From the IMG/VR virus record IMGVR_UViG_3300030095_003968, positions 1 through 27,302 of that record: a stretch of 27,302 nt of DNA; one strand, given 5' to 3'. Position numbers and translations under genes: made by a program. Shown piece by piece: positions 18,817 through 26,826 of the stretch; position 1 is the first letter of the stretch; each line of letters opens with the position of its first letter. The stretch is from a virus. Taxonomy: Duplodnaviria > Caudoviricetes. The notes beneath the pieces are model-generated. The model was not told the DNA's origin, made no database searches, and was given only the letters and a program-made list of their open reading frames with translations.

Positions 18817-20694
18817 CTATTCGCCCTGTCCTTGTTGATTTTCCATCATTTCCGTGGCCTGCGCCTGTTGTTCAGCTTGGCCTAATTTATCTAATATGTC
18901 CTGTTTTCCAGGGAAGTCAGACATGTCAACTATTGCTTGAACTATAGTCATAACTGCCGCTGGAGGCATGGCTGTAGCATATTGCAACAACTCTTTTGCC
19001 GACTGTACAGAAGCTATTCTAGCTGTTGGAGATGTTTCTCCCTCATCAATCTGTACATCATATTTCATATTATAAAACTTTTCTATTAACTCTTTTGTTG
19101 CTTCTACTGTCCAATTTGGGTCTTTTTTATTTTGTATTCCAACTATCTTTGCTATTTTGTTTGGGTCATAAAACTGCTGTATATTTGACAATAATTGTTC
19201 AGCGACTTGTATCTTCGCTGTATTTAAATTATCAAAAAGTTCCTGCATAGTTGTTAGACCTTGCTGAATCCTTGTTTGTGCAGCTATTCCGCTTTCACGA
19301 GCATTTGTTGGTAAACCTACCAAACTGTCATTTATTCCACTAATTGCTTTAGCATCTTCTTCAGCCTGTGCTTCTAACCACTGATAATGACCTAATATAC
19401 CAATATAGTTAGCAGAGGAAGATTGTATTTTATCTTTTATATTTCCTCTTACACCGACCCAAGCCCCTGGAGTAGATAAAGCTTTAATTTGCTCTGCATC
19501 TACTGCACTCATTTGATAAAAGCCACCTCCTTTAGGCGCTCTATTTAATATGTCTGTAAACTGACTATGACGTTTATTTTTTTCGTCTTGTAAGTCTACT
19601 AAATTTTTTACTATACCAAAAGACTCCATTTGTTTCCCAGTGTCTTCCACATAAGCAAAAACTGGTACAATCGGAAACTTACCGTGCCTGTATGGTGATA
19701 CTACTTGCTTTCTCATCATTAGATTTCCAGAAAAAACATCTTGATATATAACTGTTCTTGGAACCTTTACAACAATAAAGTTTTGTTCCATTCCAGCATC
19801 TCTTGATTGCTGGGTTAAGTTAGCAGCTGCTTGCTCCGCTTCTTCTTTATTTTTGCCAGCTTCATACATATCTCCTTGAGGAGTAGAAACATACCAACCA
19901 AACTCAGTCTTTTTGGTCCAAAGCTCTACAACTTTAGCTCTTCTCTTTTCGTTATCAACAAAAGAAGACCAATCATTTATGTTTGGATTTGTAGGATAAT
20001 CATTTGTGTATTCAATAGCTGGATGAGGATATCTTTCGTCAGGTGCAAAATTAACCATCATAGCAATTTCTGCATTAGATTTACCCATAAATATATCTGG
20101 ATAAAGTAATTTTAATTGACCTATAGTTAACCATTTCTGTCTTGACATATATGTCCAATCAGACATATCAAGCTCTTTACCATCTGGGTCTTTGTATACA
20201 TTGTACACACTTTCATTTCTAACAACATTAGAAACTGTTAGCTCCCCAGGTAGCTGTTCAACAGAACAATCTATCCAACCTCTTCCGACAACAGATGCTG
20301 TTTTAAAAGCTCTTGAAAAAGCTTTCTGCAATCTTTTGTTTCTATCTTCATGCCTTAAAACAAGGCCAGCAATTCTGGCAAGATTTTCATCTTCAGATGC
20401 AACGGGGTAAACTTTATATCCGCTTCTAATTTGCTGTTCTAAACCAGCAACAGTATTAACCTTAGAGAATATAAAATTAAATGTTAAAGGCGGTCTTCCT
20501 TCACTTTCAAGAAGTGTTCTTTCTGCATCAGTCCATTGACCTGTTCCAGTGTAATAAGACATCCAATCTTTATATGCTTGTATGTCATTTTTGTTTCCAG
20601 CCTCAAGGAAAGAATAAACCTCCATAACTTCACGAAGCCTATTAGAATCGCTATTGTACAGTGCTGGTTTATATCCATCATCTTTACTTGCCAT
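18817..20694 (-). CDS. Portal protein, P22-like (625 aa)
   Basis: YYTGTGQW...GRPPLTFN, GRGW, VVELW, FPIVP, GIVKNLVDLQDEKNKRHS, ESGIA, YDVQID; Gln-rich tail. Confidence 0.92.
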   Translation of the reverse strand: MASKDDGYKPALYNSDSNRLREVMEVYSFLEAGNKNDIQAYKDWMSYYTGTGQWTDAERTLLESEGRPPLTFNFIFSKVNTVAGLEQQIRSGYKVYPVASEDENLARIAGLVLRHEDRNKRLQKAFSRAFKTASVVGRGWIDCSVEQLPGELTVSNVVRNESVYNVYKDPDGKELDMSDWTYMSRQKWLTIGQLKLLYPDIFMGKSNAEIAMMVNFAPDERYPHPAIEYTNDYPTNPNINDWSSFVDNEKRRAKVVELWTKKTEFGWYVSTPQGDMYEAGKNKEEAEQAAANLTQQSRDAGMEQNFIVVKVPRTVIYQDVFSGNLMMRKQVVSPYRHGKFPIVPVFAYVEDTGKQMESFGIVKNLVDLQDEKNKRHSQFTDILNRAPKGGGFYQMSAVDAEQIKALSTPGAWVGVRGNIKDKIQSSSANYIGILGHYQWLEAQAEEDAKAISGINDSLVGLPTNARESGIAAQTRIQQGLTTMQELFDNLNTAKIQVAEQLLSNIQQFYDPNKIAKIVGIQNKKDPNWTVEATKELIEKFYNMKYDVQIDEGETSPTARIASVQSAKELLQYATAMPPAAVMTIVQAIVDMSDFPGKQDILDKLGQAEQQAQATEMMENQQGQGE

Positions 20695-20824
20695 TATCTA
20701 CCATCATACAAGGGAAAGAAGATGTTTTTTTAGATTTCTTCTTACCCATGCCTCTCTTTTTTTTAATTTTATCTCCACGCATTTTAGAAACCTGAAGACC
20801 TTCATTAAACATTGTTTCAGCCAT
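20684..20824 (-). CDS. 46-aa Lys/Met-rich basic microprotein
   Basis: Not in the ORF track. TAATG-coupled to the upstream ORF, 11-nt overlap with the portal start: MAETMFNEGLQVSKMRGDKIKKKRGMGKKKSKKTSSFPCMMVDNGK. Confidence 0.7.
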   Translation of the reverse strand: MAETMFNEGLQVSKMRGDKIKKKRGMGKKKSKKTSSFPCMMVDNGK

Positions 20825-20955
20825 TAAGCTTTATCGTTCATCATACCTGGTGAATTTCCACCTTTACTCATTGGTGATTTTTTTTTCTTTTTAGTAGTTT
20901 TCATACTTGTCATGCTACCGCCACCACCGTAACCTTTTTTATTTCCTGCTGGCAT
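20824..20955 (-). CDS. 43-aa Lys/Gly/Met-rich basic microprotein
   Basis: Not in the ORF track. GAGG SD, ATG abuts the upstream stop: MPAGNKKGYGGGGSMTSMKTTKKKKKSPMSKGGNSPGMMNDKA. Confidence 0.7.
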   Translation of the reverse strand: MPAGNKKGYGGGGSMTSMKTTKKKKKSPMSKGGNSPGMMNDKA

Positions 20956-21126
20956 TTAATACCTCATTTTCTTGTCTTTATAGTTCATACCCATTCCAGT
21001 TTTGGAATTGATTTTTTCATTTTTAATAGAGCCAGAAGCGTAAGAAGTAACTGTAGCTCCCATAGGTCTATTTTTGTTTAGTCTGTCTAAGTTAGTAACA
21101 GATTTATCTGTCATCATTGGTTTCAT
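20956..21126 (-). CDS. 56-aa basic microprotein
   Basis: Not in the ORF track. AGGAGA SD: MKPMMTDKSVTNLDRLNKNRPMGATVTSYASGSIKNEKINSKTGMGMNYKDKKMRY. Confidence 0.72.
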   Translation of the reverse strand: MKPMMTDKSVTNLDRLNKNRPMGATVTSYASGSIKNEKINSKTGMGMNYKDKKMRY

Positions 21127-21134
21127 ATATTCTC

Positions 21135-21650
21135 CTATACGTCTTTAATTATTGCAGCGACAATCGCTTGAATTTTGTTACCACCAGTACCTGCGCCTGC
21201 TTTTTGCCCAGATATACCATGTAAATTACGAACCTGTAGCTCATTAAACTTTCCAAACCAAGATTCACCTGGACCAATCTCAACAGCATCAACAGTACTG
21301 TGAGCTACAGTACCACCGTCAAACAATACATATATACTGTCAGAAGTATTTGCTGTAGAACCATCATCTGTTTTACCTGTATGTTTAATATATATAAATT
21401 TAATTTTATCGGTAATAGCTATTGATGGCATTGTAGACCCTGCATCAACACCAGCAGCGGTTGTCCCTTTTTGTAAAAAAGTTTCTGTAGAAATTAAATC
21501 TGCGCTTGTTGTTGTTACATCAACAATCTTATAGTACCAACCTTCGCTAGAATCAGCGGGGGCATAAGATAATGTTTGTCCTGTAAGTGTTTTAGATATT
21601 TCATCTGGCAATATTTGTGCCGAAATGGTCATTATAGCATCATCTGCCAT
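21135..21650 (-). CDS. Putative virion structural protein (171 aa)
   Basis: AAGGAG SD; beta-rich; KFIYIKHTG...IYVLFD...EIGPGESWF, loosely like 573..1055. Confidence 0.6.
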   Translation of the reverse strand: MADDAIMTISAQILPDEISKTLTGQTLSYAPADSSEGWYYKIVDVTTTSADLISTETFLQKGTTAAGVDAGSTMPSIAITDKIKFIYIKHTGKTDDGSTANTSDSIYVLFDGGTVAHSTVDAVEIGPGESWFGKFNELQVRNLHGISGQKAGAGTGGNKIQAIVAAIIKDV

Positions 21651-21676
21651 ACAACTCCTTTATATAGGGCGTATTT

Positions 21677-21688
21677 TAACGGTTAACA
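21677..21688 (-). promoter_or_regulatory. Candidate late promoter/operator TGTTAACCGTTA (copy 2)
   Basis: Intergenic, 26 nt upstream of the 21135..21650 start codon; 11/12 match to the other copies. Confidence 0.55.
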
Positions 21689-21706
21689 AGTTATAACAAA
21701 AGTTTT

Positions 21707-23101
21707 TTATATAGTTTTCCAATTATCTTTCTTAATTTTTTTCTGTAGCCACTGGGGCGGTATTCTTTTAGCTTGCGGTCTAACCGATGTTTCAATGTGA
21801 TTTATCATGTATCTAAGCGCATCCATTGAGTGGTCATTCTTTTTCATAGGTTTTTCTGATATATTCTTTTTATCACCACCATAATCCTCCCATCTATAAT
21901 CTGTAACTTCTTCTATAAACGGGTCCATACATGCTCTATCAAAAACAAAGAACTTAGGTCTTTGAGTTGCATCGTCTAATTGCATATACTTAGCAACTCT
22001 GTCTATACCAGCAGCGACATCATTGTCAGCTTTTTCAAAATATATACCGTATTCTTCATATTGAGCGCCAATAGTTACATCAGTTGACATACCACCTCTG
22101 ACATGCCATATACTTGGGTCAGCAAGCCATCTAGTAATTTCCTGCGTACCTACTTTACGCCATATCTCCTCAGCATGAAAATCTATCCATTCATCTGCTT
22201 TATAGTGCATATCATATAAATATATATCATTAGTATCACTTACTGCAAAGAAAAGCGCAGCAGTCGGATTTCTGTGTCCATGGTCCATAACAACATATCT
22301 GTGCCACCATACAGGTATCTCAAAAGGTTTAATTACATGTGTATTTTCATCAAAATCACTCCACACCAATCCTTCAAAGTTATCCCAAGAGCCAAATACA
22401 TACCTACGTACCCACCTTTTAGGTTGCTCTAAACGGTCAACAATATAATCCCATGGCAAATAAGGATTAGCACAATGTAGTAATGTCACATCCTTTTGAC
22501 ATGTTGGCGCAGGCACATCCTCTTTCCATATAGTACCTTCTACAATCTTATAACCTTTACGACCACCACCTTTAATCCAACGTCTCCATACCCAGCTATG
22601 TCCATTTGGGTTAGCTGTAGCGAAGCTTCTCCTTGAGGCATTACGTCTACGCATCTGACCTATACAAGCAATCCATACATTCTCTGTTATCTCTTCAATC
22701 TGGTCAACAAAGACAGCACCAATGTTCATAGATTTCACTTTCTGCATAGCTTCACGTGATTCATCTAATTGCATATAAAAAATCTTACTATTGTTTAAAA
22801 ACTCTATTGTTTGACCTTGTCTGTCGTGACGCTTTATTAACTTAGGGTCTATAATATCAAATAAAGATACTAATGTTGATTTTTTTAGAGAACCTAGAGT
22901 TTTACGCCCTAATAGTATTACGTTGTTAGGAAATGACACAGCCTCAATAATAACTTGTACCATAAGCCAGTCAGTTTTTCCCCAACCAAGAGAGCCAGCA
23001 GCAAGAACATGCTTTTCCCTACTATCTATAAGTTCTTTTTGGTTAGGCAGAGCATCTGACGGGTCTCCGTTAGCGTCTTTAAATCCTATATATATATCCA
23101 T
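21707..23101 (-). CDS. terL: Terminase large subunit (464 aa)
   Basis: Q motif (PNQ), Walker A GSLGWGKT, Walker B VFVDQIEE, coupling motif TANP, RNase H-like nuclease motifs VMDHG, LADPS, NDHSMDALRY. Confidence 0.95.
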   Translation of the reverse strand: MDIYIGFKDANGDPSDALPNQKELIDSREKHVLAAGSLGWGKTDWLMVQVIIEAVSFPNNVILLGRKTLGSLKKSTLVSLFDIIDPKLIKRHDRQGQTIEFLNNSKIFYMQLDESREAMQKVKSMNIGAVFVDQIEEITENVWIACIGQMRRRNASRRSFATANPNGHSWVWRRWIKGGGRKGYKIVEGTIWKEDVPAPTCQKDVTLLHCANPYLPWDYIVDRLEQPKRWVRRYVFGSWDNFEGLVWSDFDENTHVIKPFEIPVWWHRYVVMDHGHRNPTAALFFAVSDTNDIYLYDMHYKADEWIDFHAEEIWRKVGTQEITRWLADPSIWHVRGGMSTDVTIGAQYEEYGIYFEKADNDVAAGIDRVAKYMQLDDATQRPKFFVFDRACMDPFIEEVTDYRWEDYGGDKKNISEKPMKKNDHSMDALRYMINHIETSVRPQAKRIPPQWLQKKIKKDNWKTI

Positions 23102-23159
23102 AAAGTCCCTTTTGGTAAATCAAAAAAATTTTAGAAGGCCTTTTGGCAATCTAACTTTA

Positions 23160-23273
23160 TTATCGCTGTATAAATTCGTACTCGCCTTGGCAGGGTGGTC
23201 TGCCCCCCCGTTTATCGCTGTATTTTTATTATATTATTGATTAATATTTCACCCATGTTAGCACTGTTAGCAC
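23160..23273. repeat. Repeat cluster in the terS-terL gap
   Basis: TTATCGCTGTAT direct repeat (23160-23171, 23212-23223) around a GGCAG/CTGCC stem (23189-23204) and a C7 run (23203-23209); tandem TGTTAGCAC x2 (23256-23273). Confidence 0.75.
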
Positions 23274-23277
23274 CGTA

Positions 23278-23814
23278 TTACTTCACCTGTGTGGCTATCT
23301 CTGTAAAATTATTCTTTTTATTGTTGTTGACGGTATTTTTCTTCTCATCGTGGCGGGTATAGCCAACAACGCCATCACCGAAGGCAATGTTGACCTGTAC
23401 ATTAGCACCAACATTCTTACCTCTGTCAGCGTAGCGGTCTCTGTCTAGTGACTTCAATCTAAATAGCCTTTCTACCATGTTCTTAGGTTCCAAGGCGTTG
23501 GTCTCTGATACCTCTTCTAATTTGATTAACTCAACTCTATCTAATATCTTACGTACTTTGTTATAAGCTGTATTGAATTTCTTGTCTACTTTGAGAGCAA
23601 CAGCTACATCAACAGCGTTGAAGCTTAGTGAAGCGGTGCTAACGCTTCCAGAAGCCAGCCAGTCAGTGAGAAAGTCAGCCTTCCATGGTTCAAGGTTGGC
23701 GGTGATAGCATTCAGGTCCTTTTTGGCGCTGATTTCATTGCTACGCAATATAGATTTGGTAGCTAGTTTTTCACTTGTTTCAGGTTTATCTTTATTTTTC
23801 TTCATAATTAGCAT
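23278..23814 (-). CDS. terS: Terminase small subunit (putative); the start may be the Met at 23803-23805
   Basis: Upstream of terL; HTH-like KADFLTDWLASGSVSTAS, DKKFNTAY, LFRLKSLDRDRYADR, VQVNIAF. Confidence 0.7.
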   Translation of the reverse strand: MLIMKKNKDKPETSEKLATKSILRSNEISAKKDLNAITANLEPWKADFLTDWLASGSVSTASLSFNAVDVAVALKVDKKFNTAYNKVRKILDRVELIKLEEVSETNALEPKNMVERLFRLKSLDRDRYADRGKNVGANVQVNIAFGDGVVGYTRHDEKKNTVNNNKKNNFTEIATQVK

Positions 23815-23820
23815 CCAGTT

Positions 23821-23832
23821 TAATGGTTAACA
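23821..23832 (-). promoter_or_regulatory. Candidate late promoter/operator TGTTAACCATTA (copy 3)
   Basis: Immediately upstream of terS, at the head of the minus-strand module. Confidence 0.55.
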
Positions 23833-24025
23833 CAATATAAACCAAGGTATAACTTCAGGACGGAGAATTACAATTAAATCATCATATCTAGGTTAAATAG
23901 TTACATGAATATGATAAATATGATAATAATATTAGGATATATAGTATAGATAGTATTAACTTACTCCGTAAGTCGATGGCACAATGCTACCGACGCTAAA
24001 CAAACAAAACGTCGACGGTGACGTT

Positions 24026-24040
24026 AAACAATACAAGGAG
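24026..24040 (+). promoter_or_regulatory. A-rich leader plus SD AAACAATACAAGGAG
   Basis: Identical 15-mer at 26455-26469; both copies precede plus-strand start codons. Confidence 0.7.
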
Positions 24041-24048
24041 CAATACAA

Positions 24049-25383
24049 ATGAAAGTAACAGAAAAAAGAAGAAAAATTAACAAACTAATCAACGAGGGCA
24101 AAGTCATGGAACATGGCGCTGTCTCATCGAGGGCCAAAGTCATCAGAAACCTTAATTCTGACCAGTGTGATTCGATTTTATTGAGAATGGAAATACGTTA
24201 CAGTGACTATCAGGACATACTAGAGAAGGAAGCTATAGCTACAATACCAGTGTCAGGCGGTATTGCTGGTGGTGACGGTGATAAGTCTCAACCTGAGCCT
24301 AGTTCTGACGGTGAGAGCGGAGATTCAAAGGCTGAGAAGCCAGTTCAACCTGATGCCATTGAGAAGCTGGCTGATGAGATACTGGGTGACATGAAAGCTG
24401 ACGAGGATGCTCAGCTTAGCGGTGCTAACTTTGTAACTGACAAAGGTATGCTTTCAGTTACAGACACAGCACAAAAATTAGGCATGAATCAAATGAAAGA
24501 GATTATCGTGGGTCATGCTAAGGTGCTAGATTCAGTAATTTCAAAAGTATCTAAAGCTAGTCCTGATGCTGGTCCATCAACCATGGAGGTCAAGGTTGGC
24601 ACGATATCAAAGCCTAAGACTGTAGAGGGTGTGCATCACCATCCAAAGTTTGCTGAGATAGTTGAGAAATTACAGCTGAACGCTGACCAGTGTGTCTACC
24701 TGTGTGGTGGTGCTGGTGCTGGTAAAACTACGCTAGCTAAACAGGTTAGTGAAGCTATGGAACTAGACTTTGGTTTCTTATCATGTACCGAAGGTATGTC
24801 TGAAGCGCACTTGCTGGGTCGTATGCTGTTTGATGGTCAGTATGTAGAGTCTGAATTTGTCAGGTTGTACGAGAATGGTGGTGTGTTCTTGCTGGATGAG
24901 ATGGACGCCATGGATTCTAATGTTGCTGTGGTTATAAACTCAGCGCTTGCTAACGGTCACGTTTCAGTACCAAACAGAAAAGATAACCCAACAGCGCTAC
25001 GTCATGAAAATTTCTATGTTATTGGTGCTGGTAATACTTGGGGTACAGGTCAGGGTTCAAATGTGTACAGTGGTAGAAATAAGCTTGATACAGCTACGCT
25101 GGATAGGTTTTGGGGTATAGAGTTTGACTATGACAAAAAGCTTGAGAAAATGCTATCTGTTGACTCTAAAATGTACAAGGCGCTGAACCTACTACGTAAA
25201 AATGTTAAATCTTACAGCCTGAACAGGGTTGTTGGAACACGTAGATTTGTAGATGCTGGACGTATTCATGCTAACGGTAAAGATGTGAAATACTTGCTTG
25301 ACCATGTGACCACTGGCTGGACTACTGAAGAAATCAACAAAGTTGGTTTAGATGATATCATGATGACAGTGGAGGGTAAGTAA
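24049..25383 (+). CDS. AAA+ ATPase, MoxR/CobS-like (AAA_5), with long N-terminal extension (444 aa)
   Basis: Walker A GGAGAGKT, Walker B FLLDEMD, sensor I AGNT, arginine finger LDTATLDRF, sensor II GTR. Confidence 0.92.
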   Translation: MKVTEKRRKINKLINEGKVMEHGAVSSRAKVIRNLNSDQCDSILLRMEIRYSDYQDILEKEAIATIPVSGGIAGGDGDKSQPEPSSDGESGDSKAEKPVQPDAIEKLADEILGDMKADEDAQLSGANFVTDKGMLSVTDTAQKLGMNQMKEIIVGHAKVLDSVISKVSKASPDAGPSTMEVKVGTISKPKTVEGVHHHPKFAEIVEKLQLNADQCVYLCGGAGAGKTTLAKQVSEAMELDFGFLSCTEGMSEAHLLGRMLFDGQYVESEFVRLYENGGVFLLDEMDAMDSNVAVVINSALANGHVSVPNRKDNPTALRHENFYVIGAGNTWGTGQGSNVYSGRNKLDTATLDRFWGIEFDYDKKLEKMLSVDSKMYKALNLLRKNVKSYSLNRVVGTRRFVDAGRIHANGKDVKYLLDHVTTGWTTEEINKVGLDDIMMTVEGK

Positions 25384-25384
25384 C

Positions 25385-26455
25385 ATGAGATTACAGGGAC
25401 TAGCATGGGAGCCAGCACAAGCTGGTGAATATAGAACATATGATGGCAAGAAAGTCTACATTGCCAACGGTACAGACGTCAGGTATGTTAAGACTATGAA
25501 CCGTAGTAATGCCACAAGCGATATGCCTAGACTGTTGCGCAAATTTGAGTTCAACAGTCAGCACGAGATGGTTGAATTTGTACGTGCTAATGATGGCCAT
25601 GTTGATGATGGTTCTAACTGTCGTGATAAAATACATCGTGAGTGGAACGACCACGCTAGAGCCAACGGTGCTAATGAGTATGAGAAGCAAATGTACTATT
25701 ATTATGGTGATGGTGACAGCTGGGCGTTTGGTAAGGCGGAAGCTAGCAATAGCATTGAGAAATGTGACAAGCTACTGACCGACGGTAAAACTACTCCTTC
25801 AATACGTAGAATCATGAATAAAACTATTAAACAGGTCAAGCTAGCTGGTGTTGATAAAATGCTGAATGAGCGCTTTGAATCTGTGAAGCGTAAGCGTGTA
25901 TGGTCTGAGGATGGTTCTGAACTAGATATTGATAGAGTTATGTCAGGTGACCCACAGCACTGGGTTAGCACTAAGCGTAACGGTAAGAAGAGAGTTATCA
26001 GGCTAGGCGTCAATGTTAGCATGTCAGGTGGCAATGGTGCTAGCACCTTTGCCAAGAATGTGGGCCTAGCTTACGTAGTTTGCGAAGCGCTTGAGAATCT
26101 AGGTTATGGTGTTGAGATTGTAGCTGTGGATGCTTGTTACTATAGCGGTGGCTATAACAAGTTAAGCAATAAACAAGATGAGACAGCCACTATTATTCCG
26201 CTTAAAAGGTCTGATGAGCCTGTCGATATTAACAGGGTTGGTTCTGTTGGATTTTCAGCCATGCTAAGATATTACAATTTTATTTGTGCTAGCATGATTT
26301 ATAGACAGGCTGGTGGTACTTGCTGGGAGACTAGTGATGAGATGAAAGCCTTCATGAATGTTGACTTACTGGTTGAGACAGCGTTTAGCACAGGCGATGA
26401 AAAAGAACAGGCGACTAGAGTAGTTAGAGCCATAGATAAAATCATTAATAAATAA
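25385..26455 (+). CDS. vWA/CobT-like partner of the AAA+ ATPase (356 aa)
   Basis: 1 nt after the ATPase stop; DGSELDIDRV, MIDAS-like GVNVSMS, EALENLGYGVEI, IPLK. Confidence 0.7.
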   Translation: MRLQGLAWEPAQAGEYRTYDGKKVYIANGTDVRYVKTMNRSNATSDMPRLLRKFEFNSQHEMVEFVRANDGHVDDGSNCRDKIHREWNDHARANGANEYEKQMYYYYGDGDSWAFGKAEASNSIEKCDKLLTDGKTTPSIRRIMNKTIKQVKLAGVDKMLNERFESVKRKRVWSEDGSELDIDRVMSGDPQHWVSTKRNGKKRVIRLGVNVSMSGGNGASTFAKNVGLAYVVCEALENLGYGVEIVAVDACYYSGGYNKLSNKQDETATIIPLKRSDEPVDINRVGSVGFSAMLRYYNFICASMIYRQAGGTCWETSDEMKAFMNVDLLVETAFSTGDEKEQATRVVRAIDKIINK

Positions 26456-26475
26456 AACAATACAAGGAGAACAAG

Positions 26476-26826
26476 ATGAATAAAATAAAAAATCAGGACT
26501 GGATAAAGCTTAATAAGAAAAAAACTTGTTTAGTTCAATTACATGATAAAAATCAAAAGCCAACACTGGAGGAGTTACAGGCCATGGTTGGCGGTCCCGT
26601 ACAAGTTGCTATGGATGACCAAGATTTAAGGGTTCAAATAATAGTTGATGAGGAGGGTAAATTAAAGGGTAAACCAATGAATGAAGAAGCCACTGAATAT
26701 TGGTTTAGATTATTACAGCTTGATACCAATCCTGATGAATATTATACATATGAAGAGTTTGTTAGCAAGGTAGACTGGATAGCTGGCGACGCCATTGTAT
26801 TGCATGGTGGTGCTAGGCTAGACTAA
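26476..26826 (+). CDS. DUF3846-like protein (116 aa)
   Basis: PTLEELQAMVGG, IVDEEGKLKGKPMN, IAGDAIV. Confidence 0.8.
   Translation: MNKIKNQDWIKLNKKKTCLVQLHDKNQKPTLEELQAMVGGPVQVAMDDQDLRVQIIVDEEGKLKGKPMNEEATEYWFRLLQLDTNPDEYYTYEEFVSKVDWIAGDAIVLHGGARLD

Noticed and set aside
23160-23223. Mini CRISPR array (two repeats with a 40-nt spacer)
   Set aside because: The repeats are only 12 bp, there are two copies, and no cas genes are in the window.
23256-23273. TTAGCAC resembles a CIRCE (HrcA) half-site
   Set aside because: I found no TTAGCACTC-N9-GAGTGCTAA arrangement; the pairs are tandem or in the opposite inverted orientation.
757-23830. The short plus-strand ORFs in the track opposite the structural genes (e.g. 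2806..3177, 22923..23240), and nested minus-strand ORFs 4832..5050, 18489..18689 and 20484..20681
   Set aside because: They are antisense or out-of-frame shadows of long, motif-bearing genes, with no recognisable protein features.
24371-26740. Other CTGATGA heptamers (about 24371, 26211, 26732) as additional hammerheads
   Set aside because: All lie inside coding sequence and I could not build the three stems and GAAA/UH core around them.
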